From an uncultured Kiritimatiellota bacterium (GTDB taxonomy: Bacteria > Verrucomicrobiota > Kiritimatiellia > RFP12 > DVOR01): a stretch of 64,000 nt of DNA. The stretch's first letter is position 1. Each line of letters starts with the position of its first letter. The position numbers were made by a program, and so were the translations under genes. Location of the stretch: positions 136,012-200,011 of the forward strand of contig CALXSF010000001.1 of the NCBI GenBank assembly GCA_944391055.1, written 5' to 3'. Shown here one piece after another: positions 26,298 to 37,257 of this stretch. The notes under the pieces were generated by a model, which saw nothing but the letters and a program-made list of their open reading frames with translations, was not told where the DNA came from and ran no database searches.

Positions 26298-26561
26298 TTA
26301 GGCCATCTTGGCGAAGGCGAGCGCGGAGCGCGACTTCTTGCGGTCGGCGGTGTTGCGCTTGATGACGCCCTTCTTGGCGGCCTTGTCCAGCTTGGAGGCG
26401 TAAACGCGGACGGCTTCCTTGGCGGCGTCCTTGTCGCCGGCGACGAAGGCGGCTTCCATCTTCTTGCGATAAGTCAGCAGCTCGCTCTTCACCGAGCGGT
26501 TGCGCAGGTTGGCCTTGGCGGCGGTCTTCACGCGTTTGGCGGCGCTCTTGATGTTCGGCAT
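26298..26561 (-). CDS. rpsT: 30S ribosomal protein S20
   Basis: MPNIKSAAKRVKT...N...KS...LDKAAKKGVIKRNTADRKKSR. Confidence 0.98.
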   Translation of the reverse strand: MPNIKSAAKRVKTAAKANLRNRSVKSELLTYRKKMEAAFVAGDKDAAKEAVRVYASKLDKAAKKGVIKRNTADRKKSRSALAFAKMA

Positions 26562-26775
26562 GGGTGTGTCCTTGCTTTTCTGAAAACTGTTTTGGGGCGT
26601 CCGTTCCGGCCGCTTCCCTTCCGTAAAGCCCTCAATATACTACAATCCTTGCGCAAAATGCAAGCGCATAGTGCAAAATGCAAAATGTCGCAAAATGCAA
26701 TGACGCATCTTGAGGGACGAATCAAAGGGCTTGTGGGATGGCGGCGGATTTGGTACACTGCGTTCATTCTTTTGT

Positions 26776-26852
26776 GCGATAGTAGCTCAATTGGATAGAG
26801 CGTTGGCCTCCGAAGCCAAAGGTTGCGGGTTCGATTCCCGCCTTTCGCACCA
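26776..26852 (+). tRNA. tRNA-Arg (anticodon CCG)
   Basis: D-arm GCTCAATTGGATAGAGC, anticodon arm TTGGC-CTCCGAA-GCCAA, T-arm GCGGG-TTCGATT-CCCGC and encoded CCA. Confidence 0.95.
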
Positions 26853-26875
26853 TCTTTTTCCCGGGAGCGCGCGTC

Positions 26876-28129
26876 ATGGCAGTGGATTTCAAGTCGGCAT
26901 ACAAGACGGTGATGGACGACCATTTCGCGCCGCGGCTGGAGATTTCGTTCGTGGACGGGGACCGCCGCCAGACGCTTGTCTATGAGAAGGTGGCGTGGAC
27001 GATCGACGGTGTGCGCAAGGGGTTGCGCTACGGGGAGAACCCGGGGCAGGAGGCGGCGATGTACCGTCTGACGAACGGCAACCTGGCCATCGGCGAGGTG
27101 GAGACGATCCTGCCGGGGCGGGCGTTGGTGACGGACGCGGAGCTGTTGCAGTTCGGCAAGCATCCGGGGAAGATTAATCTGACGGACGCGGACAACGCGC
27201 TGAACATCCTTCGTTTCCTTTCGGCGACGCCGTGCGCGGTGATCGTGAAGCACAACAACCCGTGCGGCGTGGCCAAGGGCGCCACCATCGCGGAGGCGTA
27301 TGACCGGGCGAACAAGGCGGACATCCTCGCGGCCTTCGGCGGCTGCATCGCCCTGAACCGGACGTGCGACCGGGAGACGGCGGAGCTGATCACGCGCAAT
27401 TACGCGGAGGTGGTGGTGGCGCCGGATTTCGACGAGGGGGCGTTGGCGCTCTTCGCGGCGAAGAAAAACCTGCGCGTGATGCGGATCGGGGCGATGGCGC
27501 GGCTGGAGACCTACGCCGCGGAGCGTTTCGTGGATTTCAAGAGCCTGATGGACGGGGGGATCATCGCCCAACTGAGTTACCTGCCGGAGGCGCGGACGAC
27601 GGACGCTTTCATCGTGCCGGAGGTGACGGACAAGCAGGGCGTGACCCATGCCATCGCCCGGAAGCCGACGGCGAAGGAGTTGGACGACCTGCTCTTCGGC
27701 TGGTTGGTCGAGAGCGGGGTGACGTCGAACTCGGTGCTGTTCGTGAAGGACGGGGTGACGGTCGGCATCGGCACGGGCGAGCAGGATCGCGTGGGGGTCG
27801 CGGAGATCGCGCGGGACAAGGCTTATCGCAAACTGGCCGACCGCTACGCCCGGGAGACCTATGGCACGCCTTACAACGAGCTTGGCGACGCGGCGAAGCA
27901 GGCCGCGTGCGACGCTTTCGCCAAGGAGGCGAACGGCGGGCTGAAGGGCGCGGCGATGGTCTCGGACGCCTTCTTCCCCTTCCGCGACGGCGTTGAGGTG
28001 GGCATCCGCGAGGGGGTCACGGCGGTGGTCCAGCCCGGCGGCGCCATCCGCGACTGGGACATCATCGATTGCTGCAACGAGCATGGCGTGACGATGGTCT
28101 TCACGGGCCAACGGAGTTTCCGCCACTGA
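26876..28129 (+). CDS. purH: AICAR formyltransferase domain of PurH, without the N-terminal IMP cyclohydrolase (MGS-like) domain
   Basis: LRYGENPGQEA, NLTDADNAL, IVKHNNPCGVA, AFGGCIALNR, SNSVLFVKDG, GIGTGEQDRV, SDAFFPFRDG and QPGGAIRD; no ALISVSDK/GGRVKTLHP region. Confidence 0.85.
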   Translation: MAVDFKSAYKTVMDDHFAPRLEISFVDGDRRQTLVYEKVAWTIDGVRKGLRYGENPGQEAAMYRLTNGNLAIGEVETILPGRALVTDAELLQFGKHPGKINLTDADNALNILRFLSATPCAVIVKHNNPCGVAKGATIAEAYDRANKADILAAFGGCIALNRTCDRETAELITRNYAEVVVAPDFDEGALALFAAKKNLRVMRIGAMARLETYAAERFVDFKSLMDGGIIAQLSYLPEARTTDAFIVPEVTDKQGVTHAIARKPTAKELDDLLFGWLVESGVTSNSVLFVKDGVTVGIGTGEQDRVGVAEIARDKAYRKLADRYARETYGTPYNELGDAAKQAACDAFAKEANGGLKGAAMVSDAFFPFRDGVEVGIREGVTAVVQPGGAIRDWDIIDCCNEHGVTMVFTGQRSFRH

Positions 28130-28133
28130 GGGG

Positions 28134-28730
28134 ATGGCGATGCGGCGCGCGGCGGCGTTGGGGTTGATGGCGACGTGGCTGCTCTGCGGCTGCGCGGCGA
28201 CGATGGAGCGGTATGCGGATCCGGAGGCGCTGACGCTGCAAAGCCCGGTGGCGAACGCGCAGTCGCTGGACGTCCCCAAACGCTTCTTCGACGAGGAGTT
28301 GCCGGCGCGTTTCCAGCACAAGGGCATCGGCATCATCAACGACCAGGAGACCTTCCTGCGTTTCTGGTCGGCCTACACGACGGAGGCGACGGCGCTGCCG
28401 CCCTCCATCGATTTTGAGAACTTCGCGGTGCTTTTCGTCTATGACCCGGAGTATTACAACCGCGTCTTCATCCGCGGCCTGAATGTGTGGGAGGGCATCG
28501 CCAACCCCATCGTGGAGCGGACGAATTGGAAGCTGACCATCGGCGGCGACCCGAAGATGCGGGAGATCCGCCGTTTGCAGGGGTTGTCCGTGCCGGAGCC
28601 GAAGGTGAACGTGGGGTTGGTGGAGCTGCTGCGTAACAAGCCGGGGCGCCCGGGGGTGACGGCGGTGCTGGTGGAAGGGGCGGAGGATCCGGCCGAGAGC
28701 TTGGTGATCCCCGTCCCGGAGGGGCCTTGA
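28134..28730 (+). CDS. Hypothetical lipoprotein, weakly PrcB C-terminal-like
   Basis: Lipobox LLCGC; FW...LPPSIDFENFAVLFVY recalls the PrcB_C P.VDF motif. Confidence 0.45.
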   Translation: MAMRRAAALGLMATWLLCGCAATMERYADPEALTLQSPVANAQSLDVPKRFFDEELPARFQHKGIGIINDQETFLRFWSAYTTEATALPPSIDFENFAVLFVYDPEYYNRVFIRGLNVWEGIANPIVERTNWKLTIGGDPKMREIRRLQGLSVPEPKVNVGLVELLRNKPGRPGVTAVLVEGAEDPAESLVIPVPEGP

Positions 28731-29449
28731 TGCATCGTCAGCTCTCCTTCCGGCAGGCGTGCGAGCGGCTCCGTATCCCGGAGCAGACGTTGCGCGACGC
28801 GGTGAAATATGGCGAGGTCCCGTGCCGCAGGCAGGGCGACGAGGTGGTCTTTGACGCGGAGGCGCTGGCGGCGTGGGGGTCGCGGCGCATTTTGGCGTTG
28901 CGCCATCGCGACCTGCTCCCGGAGCACGCGGCCTCGACGCGCCTGGAGGCGCGCACGCCGGCGGAGGACACGCTTCTGCCGCAATTGCTGAAGCCCGCCT
29001 ACGTGGAGCTGGATTTCCGCGCGAAGACGCGCAAGAGCGTCATCCGCGACTTGGTGGAGATGGCCGATGGCCTGGAGCTGCTGTGCGACCCGGCGGATCT
29101 GCTGCGCCAGCTGGAGGAGCGCGAGGCCGTCTCGTCCACGGCGCTTCCGGGGGGCATCGCCCTGCCGCACCCGCACCATCCCGACCCTTACCTCATCATG
29201 GAGCCGTTCATGTTGGTGGCGCGCGCCCGCAAGCCGATTTGGTTCGGCGCGGACGACGACGCGCCGACCGACCTTTTCTGCCTGATTTGCTGTGGGGAGA
29301 ATATGCGCCACCTGCACGTGCTGGCGCGGCTCTGCATGATGATCCGCGAGACGGACTTCCTAGGGGAGGCCCGCGCGGCGGAGTCGCCGGAGGCGTTGGT
29401 GGAGGCGGCCTTCGCCGCCGAGCGCGCCGTCTTGGCGAAGTTGCGCTGA
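28727..29449 (+). CDS. Excisionase-like HTH fused to a PTS EIIA (Ntr/Fru type) domain
   Basis: N-terminal ACERLRIPEQTL...GEVPCRRQG...FD (HTH_17-like); C-terminal EREAVSSTALPGGIALPHP and HLHVLARL. Confidence 0.82.
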   Translation: MMHRQLSFRQACERLRIPEQTLRDAVKYGEVPCRRQGDEVVFDAEALAAWGSRRILALRHRDLLPEHAASTRLEARTPAEDTLLPQLLKPAYVELDFRAKTRKSVIRDLVEMADGLELLCDPADLLRQLEEREAVSSTALPGGIALPHPHHPDPYLIMEPFMLVARARKPIWFGADDDAPTDLFCLICCGENMRHLHVLARLCMMIRETDFLGEARAAESPEALVEAAFAAERAVLAKLR

Positions 29450-29471
29450 CGACAATCCCGTGAGGACGAAG

Positions 29472-29499
29472 AAGCCCTGCGGCACCCGCCGCAGGGCTT
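29472..29499. terminator. Hairpin between convergent genes (probable terminator)
   Basis: AAGCCCTGCGG-CACCCG-CCGCAGGGCTT. Confidence 0.6.
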
Positions 29500-29526
29500 G
29501 GGGTGGTTTGCGTGTGAAAAGTGTGC

Positions 29527-32500
29527 TTAAGTGTGCAACTCTTGGAGGGGCACGGGCGGGGGCGGGGCCTGGCGGAGGTTTTCCTCGATGCCCTCGACGG
29601 CGGCGAGGAAGCCTTGGAGGACGGTGGTGACGGGGAGGCCGCGAAGAAGCGCGGCGGAGCGGATGCGCAGGGCATCCTCGTTCGGGTCGGCGCCTGTCCC
29701 GGCGGTGTTGACGACCCAGTGGAGGGCGCCTTCGCGCAAGAGGTCGAGGGCGTTGGGACTGCCTTCGGCGAGGCGGAAGCAGGCGGCGGGGCGGAGCCCG
29801 GCGCGCCAGAGCGCGGTGGCGGTGCCGCGGGTGGCGACGAAACGGTAGCCAAGCGCGGCGAGCCGTTTGGCGGCGGCGACGCCGGCGGCCTTGTCGGCGT
29901 CGGCAAGGGCCAGGAGAAGCGTGGGGTGGGGGCGCTCGGGGGAGGGGAAGGGGAGGTTGGCGCCGGCGGCAAGCTGGCTTTTGAGGTAGGCGAGGCCGAC
30001 GGTGGGGGCGTGGCCCATGACCTCGCCGGTGGATTTCATCTCGGGGGTGAGGGCGACGTCCGCGCCAGGGAAACGGGCGAAGGGGAAGACGGCCTCCTTG
30101 GCGGCGAAGTGGCGGGGGACGCGTTCGGCGGGGAGGCCGGCCTCGGCGAGCGTCTGGCCGACCATGACGCGGGCGGCGACCGCGGCGAGGGAGACGCCGA
30201 TGGCCTTGGAGACGAAGGGGACGGTGCGGGAGGCGCGGGGGTTGACCTCAATCATGAAGATGTCGCGTCCGCGGACGGCCAACTGGAGGTTCATGAGGCC
30301 ACGGACGCGGAGGGCGCGGGCGAAGGCCTCGGCGTAGGCGCGGATACGGGCGAGCGTCTCGGGGTCGAGGGAGAGGGGCGGGGTGACGCAGGCGGCGTCG
30401 CCGGAGTGGACGCCGGCGGGCTCGACGTGCTCGAGGATGGCGCCGACGACGGTGCGGCCCTCGCCGTCGGTGACGGAATCGACGTCAAGCTCGATGGCGT
30501 TCTCCAGGAAGCGGTCGATGAGGATGGGTTTGCCTTCGGCGATGGCGACGGCCTGGCGGGCGAGGGCGTCGAGATCCTCGCGGCGATGGACGATGACCAT
30601 GCCGCGGCCGCCGAGGACGAAGGAGGGCCGGACGAGGACGGGATAGCCGATCGCGTCGGCGATGGCGAGGGCGTCCTCGGCGGAGTGGGCGATGCCGCTG
30701 GGCGGCTGAAGGATGCCAATCGCGTCGGCGAGGCGCTTGAAGCGGTCGCGATCCTCGGCGAGGTCGATGTCGTCGGGGCTGGTGCCGAGGATGGTGAGCC
30801 CGGCGGCCTTGAGGCTTTGGGCGAGGTTGAGGGGCGTCTGTCCGCCGAATTGGACGATGGCGCCGACGCAGCGCTCGCGTTCGTAGAGGGCGACGATGTC
30901 CTCAAGGGTGAGGGGCTCGAAGTAGAGGGCGTCGGAGGTGTCGTAGTCGGTGGAGACGGTCTCGGGGTTGGAATTGGCCATGACGACGCGATAGCCGAGG
31001 CCGCGGAGGGCGTAGGCGGCCTGGCAGCAGCAGTAGTCGAACTCGATGCCTTGGCCGATGCGGTTGGGGCCGCCGCCGATGATGAGGATGGCGGGTTTCC
31101 CCGAGGGCGGGAGGGGGCTTTGGGGGAGGGTGTAGGAGGCGTAGTAGTAGGGCGTCCGGGCGGCGAACTCGCCGGCGCAGGTGTCCACGAGGCCGTAGCC
31201 GGGGAGGACGCCCGCGGCGCGGCGCGCGGCGGCGACGGCGGCCTCGTCGGCGCCGAGGAGGTGGGCGATTTGACGGTCGGAGAAGCCGAAGGCCTTGGCT
31301 TGGCGGAGGCGGGCGGGGTCGGCGGCGAGCGCCTCGGGGGTGCGGGCGGCGGCGATCTCGTCCTCATAGAGGGCGAGTTCCTGGAGGTGGCGGAGGAAGT
31401 AGGGGTCGATGGCGGTGAGGGCGTGGAGGCGTTCGACGGCCCAGCCGCGGCGGAGGGCCTCGTGGATCTGGAAGAGGCGCTCGGCGGTGGGGCGGGCGAG
31501 CGCGGCGGCGAGGGCGTCGTCGGGGAGTTCGGCGAAGGCGTCGCGGCCGTCGGCGCCGAAGCCGGCGCGGCCGGTCTCGAGGGAGCGGAGGGCCTTTTGG
31601 AGGGCTTCCTGGAAGGTGCGGCCGATGGCCATGGCCTCGCCGACGGACTTCATCTGGGTGCCGAGGGTGTCGTCGGCGCCGTGGAACTTCTCGAAGGTGA
31701 AGCGGGGGGCCTTGACGACGACGTAGTCAAGGGCCGGCTCGAAGGAGGCTGGGGTGGTGCCGGTGATGTCGTTGCGGAGTTCGTCGAGGGTGTGGCCGAC
31801 GGCGAGGCGGGCGGCGATCTTGGCGATGGGGAAACCGGTGGCCTTGGAGGCGAGGGCGGAGGAGCGGGAGACGCGGGGGTTCATCTCGATGATGACGCGG
31901 CGGCCGGTCTTGGGGTCGACGGCCCATTGGACGTTGGAGCCGCCGGTGGCGATGCCGATGGCGCGCATGACGGCGAAGGAGTCGTCGCGCATGGCTTGGT
32001 ATTCGGCGTCGGAAAGGGTCTGGATGGGGGCGACGGTGACGGAGTCGCCGGTGTGGACGCCCATCGGGTCGAGGTTCTCGATGGAGCAGACGATGACGGC
32101 GTTGCCCTTGCGGTCGCAGACGACCTCCATCTCGAACTCCTTCCAGCCGAGGAGGGATTCCTCGATGAGGATCTCGGAGGTGGGGGAGGCGTCGAGGCCG
32201 GCCTGGGCGACGCGGTCGAAGTCGTCGGGCCCCTGCGCGATGCCGCCGCCGGTCCCGCCGAGCGTGAAGCCGGGGCGGACGATGAGGGGCCAGGAGGCGA
32301 TCTGCGCGGCGACGGCGCGGGCCTCCGCGAGGGTGTGGGCGGAGCCGGATTTGGGGACGTCGAGGCCGATGGCGAGCATGGCCTCCTTGAACTTCTGCCG
32401 ATCCTCCGCGCGGTCGATGGAGGCGGCGTTGGCGCCGATCATCTCCACGCCGTAACGGCCCAGGACGCCGCCGCGGAAGAGCGCCATCGCCAGGTTGAGG

Positions 32501-32784
32501 GCGGTCTGCCCGCCGAGGGTCGGGAGGAGGGCGTCGGGGCGTTCGCGGGCGATGATGGCCTCGAGGCTTTCGGGGGTGAGGGGCTCGACGTAGGTGCGGT
32601 CGGCGGTGGCCGGGTCGGTCATGATGGTGGCCGGGTTGGAGTTCACGAGGACGACCTCGTAGCCGTCGGCGCGGAGGGCTTTGCAGGCCTGCGTGCCGGA
32701 GTAGTCGAACTCGCACCCCTGGCCGATGACGATGGGGCCGGAGCCGATGAGGAGGATCTTGCGGATGTCTGTGCGCTTAGGCAT
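29527..32784 (-). CDS. carB: Carbamoyl-phosphate synthase large subunit
   Basis: [65 protein letters not shown] and [13 protein letters not shown], ending in an MGS domain. Confidence 0.97.
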   Translation of the reverse strand: MPKRTDIRKILLIGSGPIVIGQGCEFDYSGTQACKALRADGYEVVLVNSNPATIMTDPATADRTYVEPLTPESLEAIIARERPDALLPTLGGQTALNLAMALFRGGVLGRYGVEMIGANAASIDRAEDRQKFKEAMLAIGLDVPKSGSAHTLAEARAVAAQIASWPLIVRPGFTLGGTGGGIAQGPDDFDRVAQAGLDASPTSEILIEESLLGWKEFEMEVVCDRKGNAVIVCSIENLDPMGVHTGDSVTVAPIQTLSDAEYQAMRDDSFAVMRAIGIATGGSNVQWAVDPKTGRRVIIEMNPRVSRSSALASKATGFPIAKIAARLAVGHTLDELRNDITGTTPASFEPALDYVVVKAPRFTFEKFHGADDTLGTQMKSVGEAMAIGRTFQEALQKALRSLETGRAGFGADGRDAFAELPDDALAAALARPTAERLFQIHEALRRGWAVERLHALTAIDPYFLRHLQELALYEDEIAAARTPEALAADPARLRQAKAFGFSDRQIAHLLGADEAAVAAARRAAGVLPGYGLVDTCAGEFAARTPYYYASYTLPQSPLPPSGKPAILIIGGGPNRIGQGIEFDYCCCQAAYALRGLGYRVVMANSNPETVSTDYDTSDALYFEPLTLEDIVALYERERCVGAIVQFGGQTPLNLAQSLKAAGLTILGTSPDDIDLAEDRDRFKRLADAIGILQPPSGIAHSAEDALAIADAIGYPVLVRPSFVLGGRGMVIVHRREDLDALARQAVAIAEGKPILIDRFLENAIELDVDSVTDGEGRTVVGAILEHVEPAGVHSGDAACVTPPLSLDPETLARIRAYAEAFARALRVRGLMNLQLAVRGRDIFMIEVNPRASRTVPFVSKAIGVSLAAVAARVMVGQTLAEAGLPAERVPRHFAAKEAVFPFARFPGADVALTPEMKSTGEVMGHAPTVGLAYLKSQLAAGANLPFPSPERPHPTLLLALADADKAAGVAAAKRLAALGYRFVATRGTATALWRAGLRPAACFRLAEGSPNALDLLREGALHWVVNTAGTGADPNEDALRIRSAALLRGLPVTTVLQGFLAAVEGIEENLRQAPPPPVPLQELHT

Positions 32785-34405
32785 GGTGCGTGTGCTCCTG
32801 GGCTTCGCGGTGGGCGAGCGCGGCGGCGAGGAAGCCGGCGAAGAGGGGGTGGGGCGCGCGGGGGCGGGACTTGAACTCGGGGTGGAACTGGCAGCCGACG
32901 AAGAAGGGGTGCGCGGGGAGCTCGACGACCTCGACGAGCCCGGTCTCGGGATTGGCCCCGGCGACGCGGAGCCCGGCCTGCTCGAGGGCCTCGCGGAAGG
33001 CGGGGTTGAACTCGTAGCGGTGGCGGTGGCGTTCGGAGACGCGCGCGGCGCCGTAGAGCGCGGCGGCGCGGGAGCCGGGCGCGAGGTCGCAGGCGTAGGC
33101 GCCCAGGCGCATGGTGCCGCCGAGGCCGCGGATGGCCTTTTGGCCTTCCATGAGGGCGATGACGGGGTGGGTGGTGTCGGGCGCGAACTCGGCGCTGTCG
33201 GCGTCGGCCCAGCCGAGGACGTCGCGGGCGAAGGCGATGACGGCGCATTGCATGCCCAGGCAGATGCCAAGGAAGGGGATGGCGGCCTCGCGGGCATGGG
33301 TGACGGCGCGGAACATGCCGAGGAGGCCGCGCCGGCCGAAGCCGCCCGGCACGAGGATGCCGTCGGCGCGGGCAAGGACGCGGGCGGGGTCGTCGCCCTC
33401 GAGCGCCTCGGATTCGACGCGCAGGATCTCCAGCTTGGCGTGGTGGGCCATGGCGGCGTGGGCGAGGGCCTCGTAGATGCTCTTGTAGGCGTCTTGGTGG
33501 CGGATGTATTTGCCGACGACGGCGATGGTGACGGGGCGCGTGGGGCGGAGGGCGCGGGCGAGCCAGGCGCGGTAGTCGCGCAGGTCGAGGGGGCGCGGGT
33601 CGAGGCGGAGGCAGCGGAGGGTCTGCTCGTCGAGGCGGCGCTGGGCGAGCTTGATGGGCACCTCGTGGATGGAGTGGCGGACGTCGAGCTCCTCGATGAC
33701 GCAGGCCTCGGGGACGTTGCAGAAGACGGCAAGCTTGCGCAGATGCTCGGGCTCGAGGCGGCGCTCGGCGCGGCAGACGAGGATGTCGGGCTGGATGCCG
33801 ATGTTGCGGAGCGTCCCGACGGATTGCTGCGAGGGCTTTGTCTTGAGCTCCTTGGCGGCCTTGAGGTAGGGGACGTAGGTGAGGTGGATGAAGAGGCAGT
33901 CGCCGGGGGGGCAGGAGAGGTGGAACTGCCGCGCGGCCTCGAGGAAGGGGAGGCTTTCGATGTCGCCGGCCGTGCCGCCGATCTCGGTGATGGCGATGTC
34001 GACGTCGGGGGCGTGGAGGGCGCGCATGGCGCGCTGGATCTCGTCGGTGACGTGCGGGATGACCTGGACGGTCGCGCCGAGGTATTCGCCCTTGCGCTCG
34101 CGGGCGATGACGGCGCCGTAGATCTTGCCGCTGGTGTAGTTGGAGGCCTTGGAGCAGGTGACGCCGGCGATGCGCTCGTAGTGGCCGAGGTCAAGGTCGG
34201 TCTCCGCGCCGTCGTCGGTGACGAAGACCTCGCCGTGTTGGTAGGGACTCATCGTGCCGGGGTCGACGTTGAGGTAGGGGTCGAGCTTCTGCATGGCCAC
34301 GCGGTAGCCGCGCTGGCGCAGGAGGAAGGCGAGGGCGGCGGCCGTGACGCCTTTGCCCAGGCTGCTGACGACGCCTCCGGTGACGAAGATGTGCTTGACG
34401 CTCAT
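32777..34405 (-). CDS. pyrG: CTP synthase
   Basis: [54 protein letters not shown] and QFHPEF. Confidence 0.97.
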   Translation of the reverse strand: MSVKHIFVTGGVVSSLGKGVTAAALAFLLRQRGYRVAMQKLDPYLNVDPGTMSPYQHGEVFVTDDGAETDLDLGHYERIAGVTCSKASNYTSGKIYGAVIARERKGEYLGATVQVIPHVTDEIQRAMRALHAPDVDIAITEIGGTAGDIESLPFLEAARQFHLSCPPGDCLFIHLTYVPYLKAAKELKTKPSQQSVGTLRNIGIQPDILVCRAERRLEPEHLRKLAVFCNVPEACVIEELDVRHSIHEVPIKLAQRRLDEQTLRCLRLDPRPLDLRDYRAWLARALRPTRPVTIAVVGKYIRHQDAYKSIYEALAHAAMAHHAKLEILRVESEALEGDDPARVLARADGILVPGGFGRRGLLGMFRAVTHAREAAIPFLGICLGMQCAVIAFARDVLGWADADSAEFAPDTTHPVIALMEGQKAIRGLGGTMRLGAYACDLAPGSRAAALYGAARVSERHRHRYEFNPAFREALEQAGLRVAGANPETGLVEVVELPAHPFFVGCQFHPEFKSRPRAPHPLFAGFLAAALAHREAQEHTHHA

Positions 34406-35529
34406 TGGCGGGCCTCCATCAGGGCTGTGAAGGAACGGAAAAGGGACTGCGCCTCGCGCGGGCCGGGGGCGGCCTCGGGGTGGAACTGGACGGCGAAGGC
34501 GGGGAGCGCGCGGTGGCGGATGCCCTCGCAGGTGCCGTCGTTCAGGTTCACGTGGGTCTGCTCCAGGCAGTCGGGCAGGGCGCCGAGGGCGTAGTTGTGG
34601 TTCTGGCTGGTGATGGCGACCGTGCCGTCCAGAAGGTTCTTGACGGGGTGGTTGCAGCCGTGGTGGCCGAAGGGCAGGCGCTCGCACCGCGCCCCGCAGG
34701 CGAGGCCCAGCAGCTGGTGGCCCAGGCAGATGCCCATGAGCGGGACGCGGGCGGCGAGCAGCTCGCGCACCGCCTCCTGCGCGTAGGTGACGGCGGCGGG
34801 GTCGGCGGGGCCGTTGGAAAGGAAGACTCCGTCGGGCCGCCGCGCCAGCACCTCCGCCGCGGGCGTGGCCGCGGGCGTCACCTCCACGCGGCACCCTTCC
34901 GCGGCCAGGCGGCGGAGGATGTTGCGCTTCACGCCGAAATCATAGACCGTCACCCGGAAACGCCCCTCCGCGTTCCAGACATACGGCTCCGGCGCGGAGA
35001 CCCGCGCGGCGTAGTCCTGCCCGTCGAGCCCCGGCCACTCGCGGGCGCGCCGGATGGCCTCGGCCTCGTCGAGCGGGGCGTCCTCCACGTGGAGGTAGGC
35101 GCGTTGGGCGCCATGGTCGCGCAGATGGAGGGTGAGGGCGCGGGTGTCCACGCCGTAGATCCCCGGGCGCCCGCCGCGGAGGAGCGTCTCGCCAAGGCTC
35201 TCCGCGGCCCGGAAATTGCTGGGCGGATTGACGTTGCGCACCACGAGGCCGCTCAGGAAGAGCGCGCGGCTTTCGGCGTCCTCCGGGTTGCAGCCGTAGT
35301 TGCCGATCTCCGGCGCGGTGAGGACGACGAACTGCCCGGCGTAGGAGGGGTCGGTGAGGATCTCCTGGTAGCCGGTCATGCCGGTGTTGAAGACGGCCTC
35401 GCCGAGCGCGTCCTTGCGCGCCCCGAAGGCGACGCCGCGGAAGACGGCGCCGTCGGCGAGGGCAAGGAAGGCGGCCTGGGCGCGTTCGGCGGCCCATTTG
35501 CGGCGGAAGCGTTCAGTAAGCGCGTTCAT
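34402..35529 (-). CDS. carA: Carbamoyl-phosphate synthase small subunit
   Basis: [43 protein letters not shown] and [10 protein letters not shown]. Confidence 0.96.
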   Translation of the reverse strand: MNALTERFRRKWAAERAQAAFLALADGAVFRGVAFGARKDALGEAVFNTGMTGYQEILTDPSYAGQFVVLTAPEIGNYGCNPEDAESRALFLSGLVVRNVNPPSNFRAAESLGETLLRGGRPGIYGVDTRALTLHLRDHGAQRAYLHVEDAPLDEAEAIRRAREWPGLDGQDYAARVSAPEPYVWNAEGRFRVTVYDFGVKRNILRRLAAEGCRVEVTPAATPAAEVLARRPDGVFLSNGPADPAAVTYAQEAVRELLAARVPLMGICLGHQLLGLACGARCERLPFGHHGCNHPVKNLLDGTVAITSQNHNYALGALPDCLEQTHVNLNDGTCEGIRHRALPAFAVQFHPEAAPGPREAQSLFRSFTALMEARQ

Positions 35530-37246
35530 GGCGGTGCTCCATGTGGTTGACGAGGGCGCGGTTGGCCACCCGGTTGCCGCCGGGCGTGGGATAGTCGCCG
35601 GTGAAGTACCAGTCGCCCGCGTGGTTGGGGCAGCAGCGGCGCAGGTCGGCGACGGATTGGAAAATCACCCGCAGCTCGGCGCGGAGGGACTGCGGGCGGA
35701 GGCGCCGCGCGATGGCCCCGACCAGCCGATCCGTCGGCACGCGGTCGTAAAGCGTGCGCAGGACGTTCGCCTGGCGCCCCGGGGGCAGCGTCAGCTGCCG
35801 GCGGGCCTCGTCGTAGGCGGCGAGCAGGAGGCCCTCCGCCTTCTCCTCCCGCAGCACGTCCTCCAAGGCGTTGAAGGCGACCAGCTCGTCAAGCGTGGCC
35901 ATGTCGATGCCGTAACAGTCGGGGTAGCGGATCGGCGGGGCGCTGCTGGCGACGATGATGCGGCGGGGGCCCAGGCGGTCAAGGATGGGGAGGATGGCGT
36001 TGCGCATGGTGTTGCCGCGCACGATGGAGTCGTCGAGCACCACGAGCGTGTCGTCCGCGCGGACCAGGCCGTAGGTGACGTCGTAGACGTGCATGGCCAG
36101 GTCGTTGCGGGCGGCCTCGTCGGCGATGAAGGTGCGGAACTTGGCGTCCTTCACCGCCACCTGCCCGAAGCGCACCGTCCGCCCCTTCGTGGCGGCGATG
36201 CCCAGCAGCGTCTCGAGCAGGCCGTGGAAGCAGACCTGGGCGGAATTGGGGATGTAGCTGAGGAAGAGGCGGTCAAGGTCGCCGCCCAGGGCGCGGACGA
36301 TCTGCGGCGCGAGGGCGTGCCCCAAGCGTTTGCGCTCGGCGTGGATTTCCGCGTCGTTGGCCCGGGAGAAGTAGATGCGCTCGAAGACGCACGCCCGGCG
36401 CGGCGCGGGGTCCAGGCAGTCCTCGAGCGCCGCCGTGCCGTCGGGGCGGATGATGAGTGCCTTGCCGGGCGGCAGTTCGCGCACCGCGCCGGTCGGCACG
36501 TCGAAGGCCGCCTGGATGGCGGGGCGCTCGGAGGCGACGGCCACCGCCTCGTCGCCCTCCCACCAAAAGGCCGGGCGGATGCCGTGCGCGTCGCGCAGGG
36601 CGAAGGCCGTGCCGTCGCCGAGCGCCCCGCAGAGGACGAACGCGCCGTCGAAACGCGAGGCGGCCTCGCGCAGGACGTGCGCGAGGCCGCGGAACCCTTC
36701 GGGGCGGGCGTGCTCCCGCTCCAATGCGTGCGTGAGGCATTGGAGGATGACGGCGCCGTCGGCGAGGCTGGGCAGATGATGCCCGGAGGCGGCGAGCGCG
36801 TCGGCCAGGTCGCGCGTGTCGGTGAGGTTGAAGTTCCCCGCCAGCAGCAGGAGCCGGTCGAGGAAGGCGCTGTCGCGCACGAAGGGGTGGCAGGCGGCGA
36901 GGTCGTGTCGGCCGAAGGTGGCGTAGCGCAAATGGCCGAGGAAGAGCTCGCCGCGGAAGGCCGCGGGGTCCTCCGCCAAGCGCCGCCCGCAGCGCGACAC
37001 GAGGTCGGCCAAGGGGAGGGGGGCGACGGATTTCTCCAGGTCATAGCAGGGGCGCCCCTGACTGGGCCGGAGGTGGAGGCAGGCGAGCCCCGCGCCGTCC
37101 TGGCCGCGGTTGTGCTGTTTCTCCAGCATGAGCGCGGTTTTCTGGAAGCCGTAGGCCCGCGCGCCGTGCGCCTGCTCGTAATGGGCGGCGGGCCTCCTCA
37201 GGCGGAGGAGCGCCACGCCGCATTCGTGTTTGACCGCGTCGGACAT
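35513..37246 (-). CDS. purF: Amidophosphoribosyltransferase (long form resembling that of Bacteroidota)
   Basis: MSDAVKHECGVALLRL (Ntn Cys), KQHNRGQDGAG, GHLRYATFG, CVFERIYFSR, PRPP loop VVLDDSIVRGNT, RYPDCYGIDM and WYFTGDYPTPGG. Confidence 0.85.
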   Translation of the reverse strand: MSDAVKHECGVALLRLRRPAAHYEQAHGARAYGFQKTALMLEKQHNRGQDGAGLACLHLRPSQGRPCYDLEKSVAPLPLADLVSRCGRRLAEDPAAFRGELFLGHLRYATFGRHDLAACHPFVRDSAFLDRLLLLAGNFNLTDTRDLADALAASGHHLPSLADGAVILQCLTHALEREHARPEGFRGLAHVLREAASRFDGAFVLCGALGDGTAFALRDAHGIRPAFWWEGDEAVAVASERPAIQAAFDVPTGAVRELPPGKALIIRPDGTAALEDCLDPAPRRACVFERIYFSRANDAEIHAERKRLGHALAPQIVRALGGDLDRLFLSYIPNSAQVCFHGLLETLLGIAATKGRTVRFGQVAVKDAKFRTFIADEAARNDLAMHVYDVTYGLVRADDTLVVLDDSIVRGNTMRNAILPILDRLGPRRIIVASSAPPIRYPDCYGIDMATLDELVAFNALEDVLREEKAEGLLLAAYDEARRQLTLPPGRQANVLRTLYDRVPTDRLVGAIARRLRPQSLRAELRVIFQSVADLRRCCPNHAGDWYFTGDYPTPGGNRVANRALVNHMEHRHERAY

Positions 37247-37257
37247 TCCCGGGGGCC

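Noticed and set aside
28727-28890. Excisionase indicating a prophage
   Set aside because: The HTH is fused to a PTS EIIA domain within a housekeeping operon, and there are no phage genes.
29527-34194. Apparent 1555-aa CarB with an N-terminal extension
   Set aside because: The first 470 codons are an alternative frame overlapping pyrG; the real CarB starts at MPKRTD (32784).
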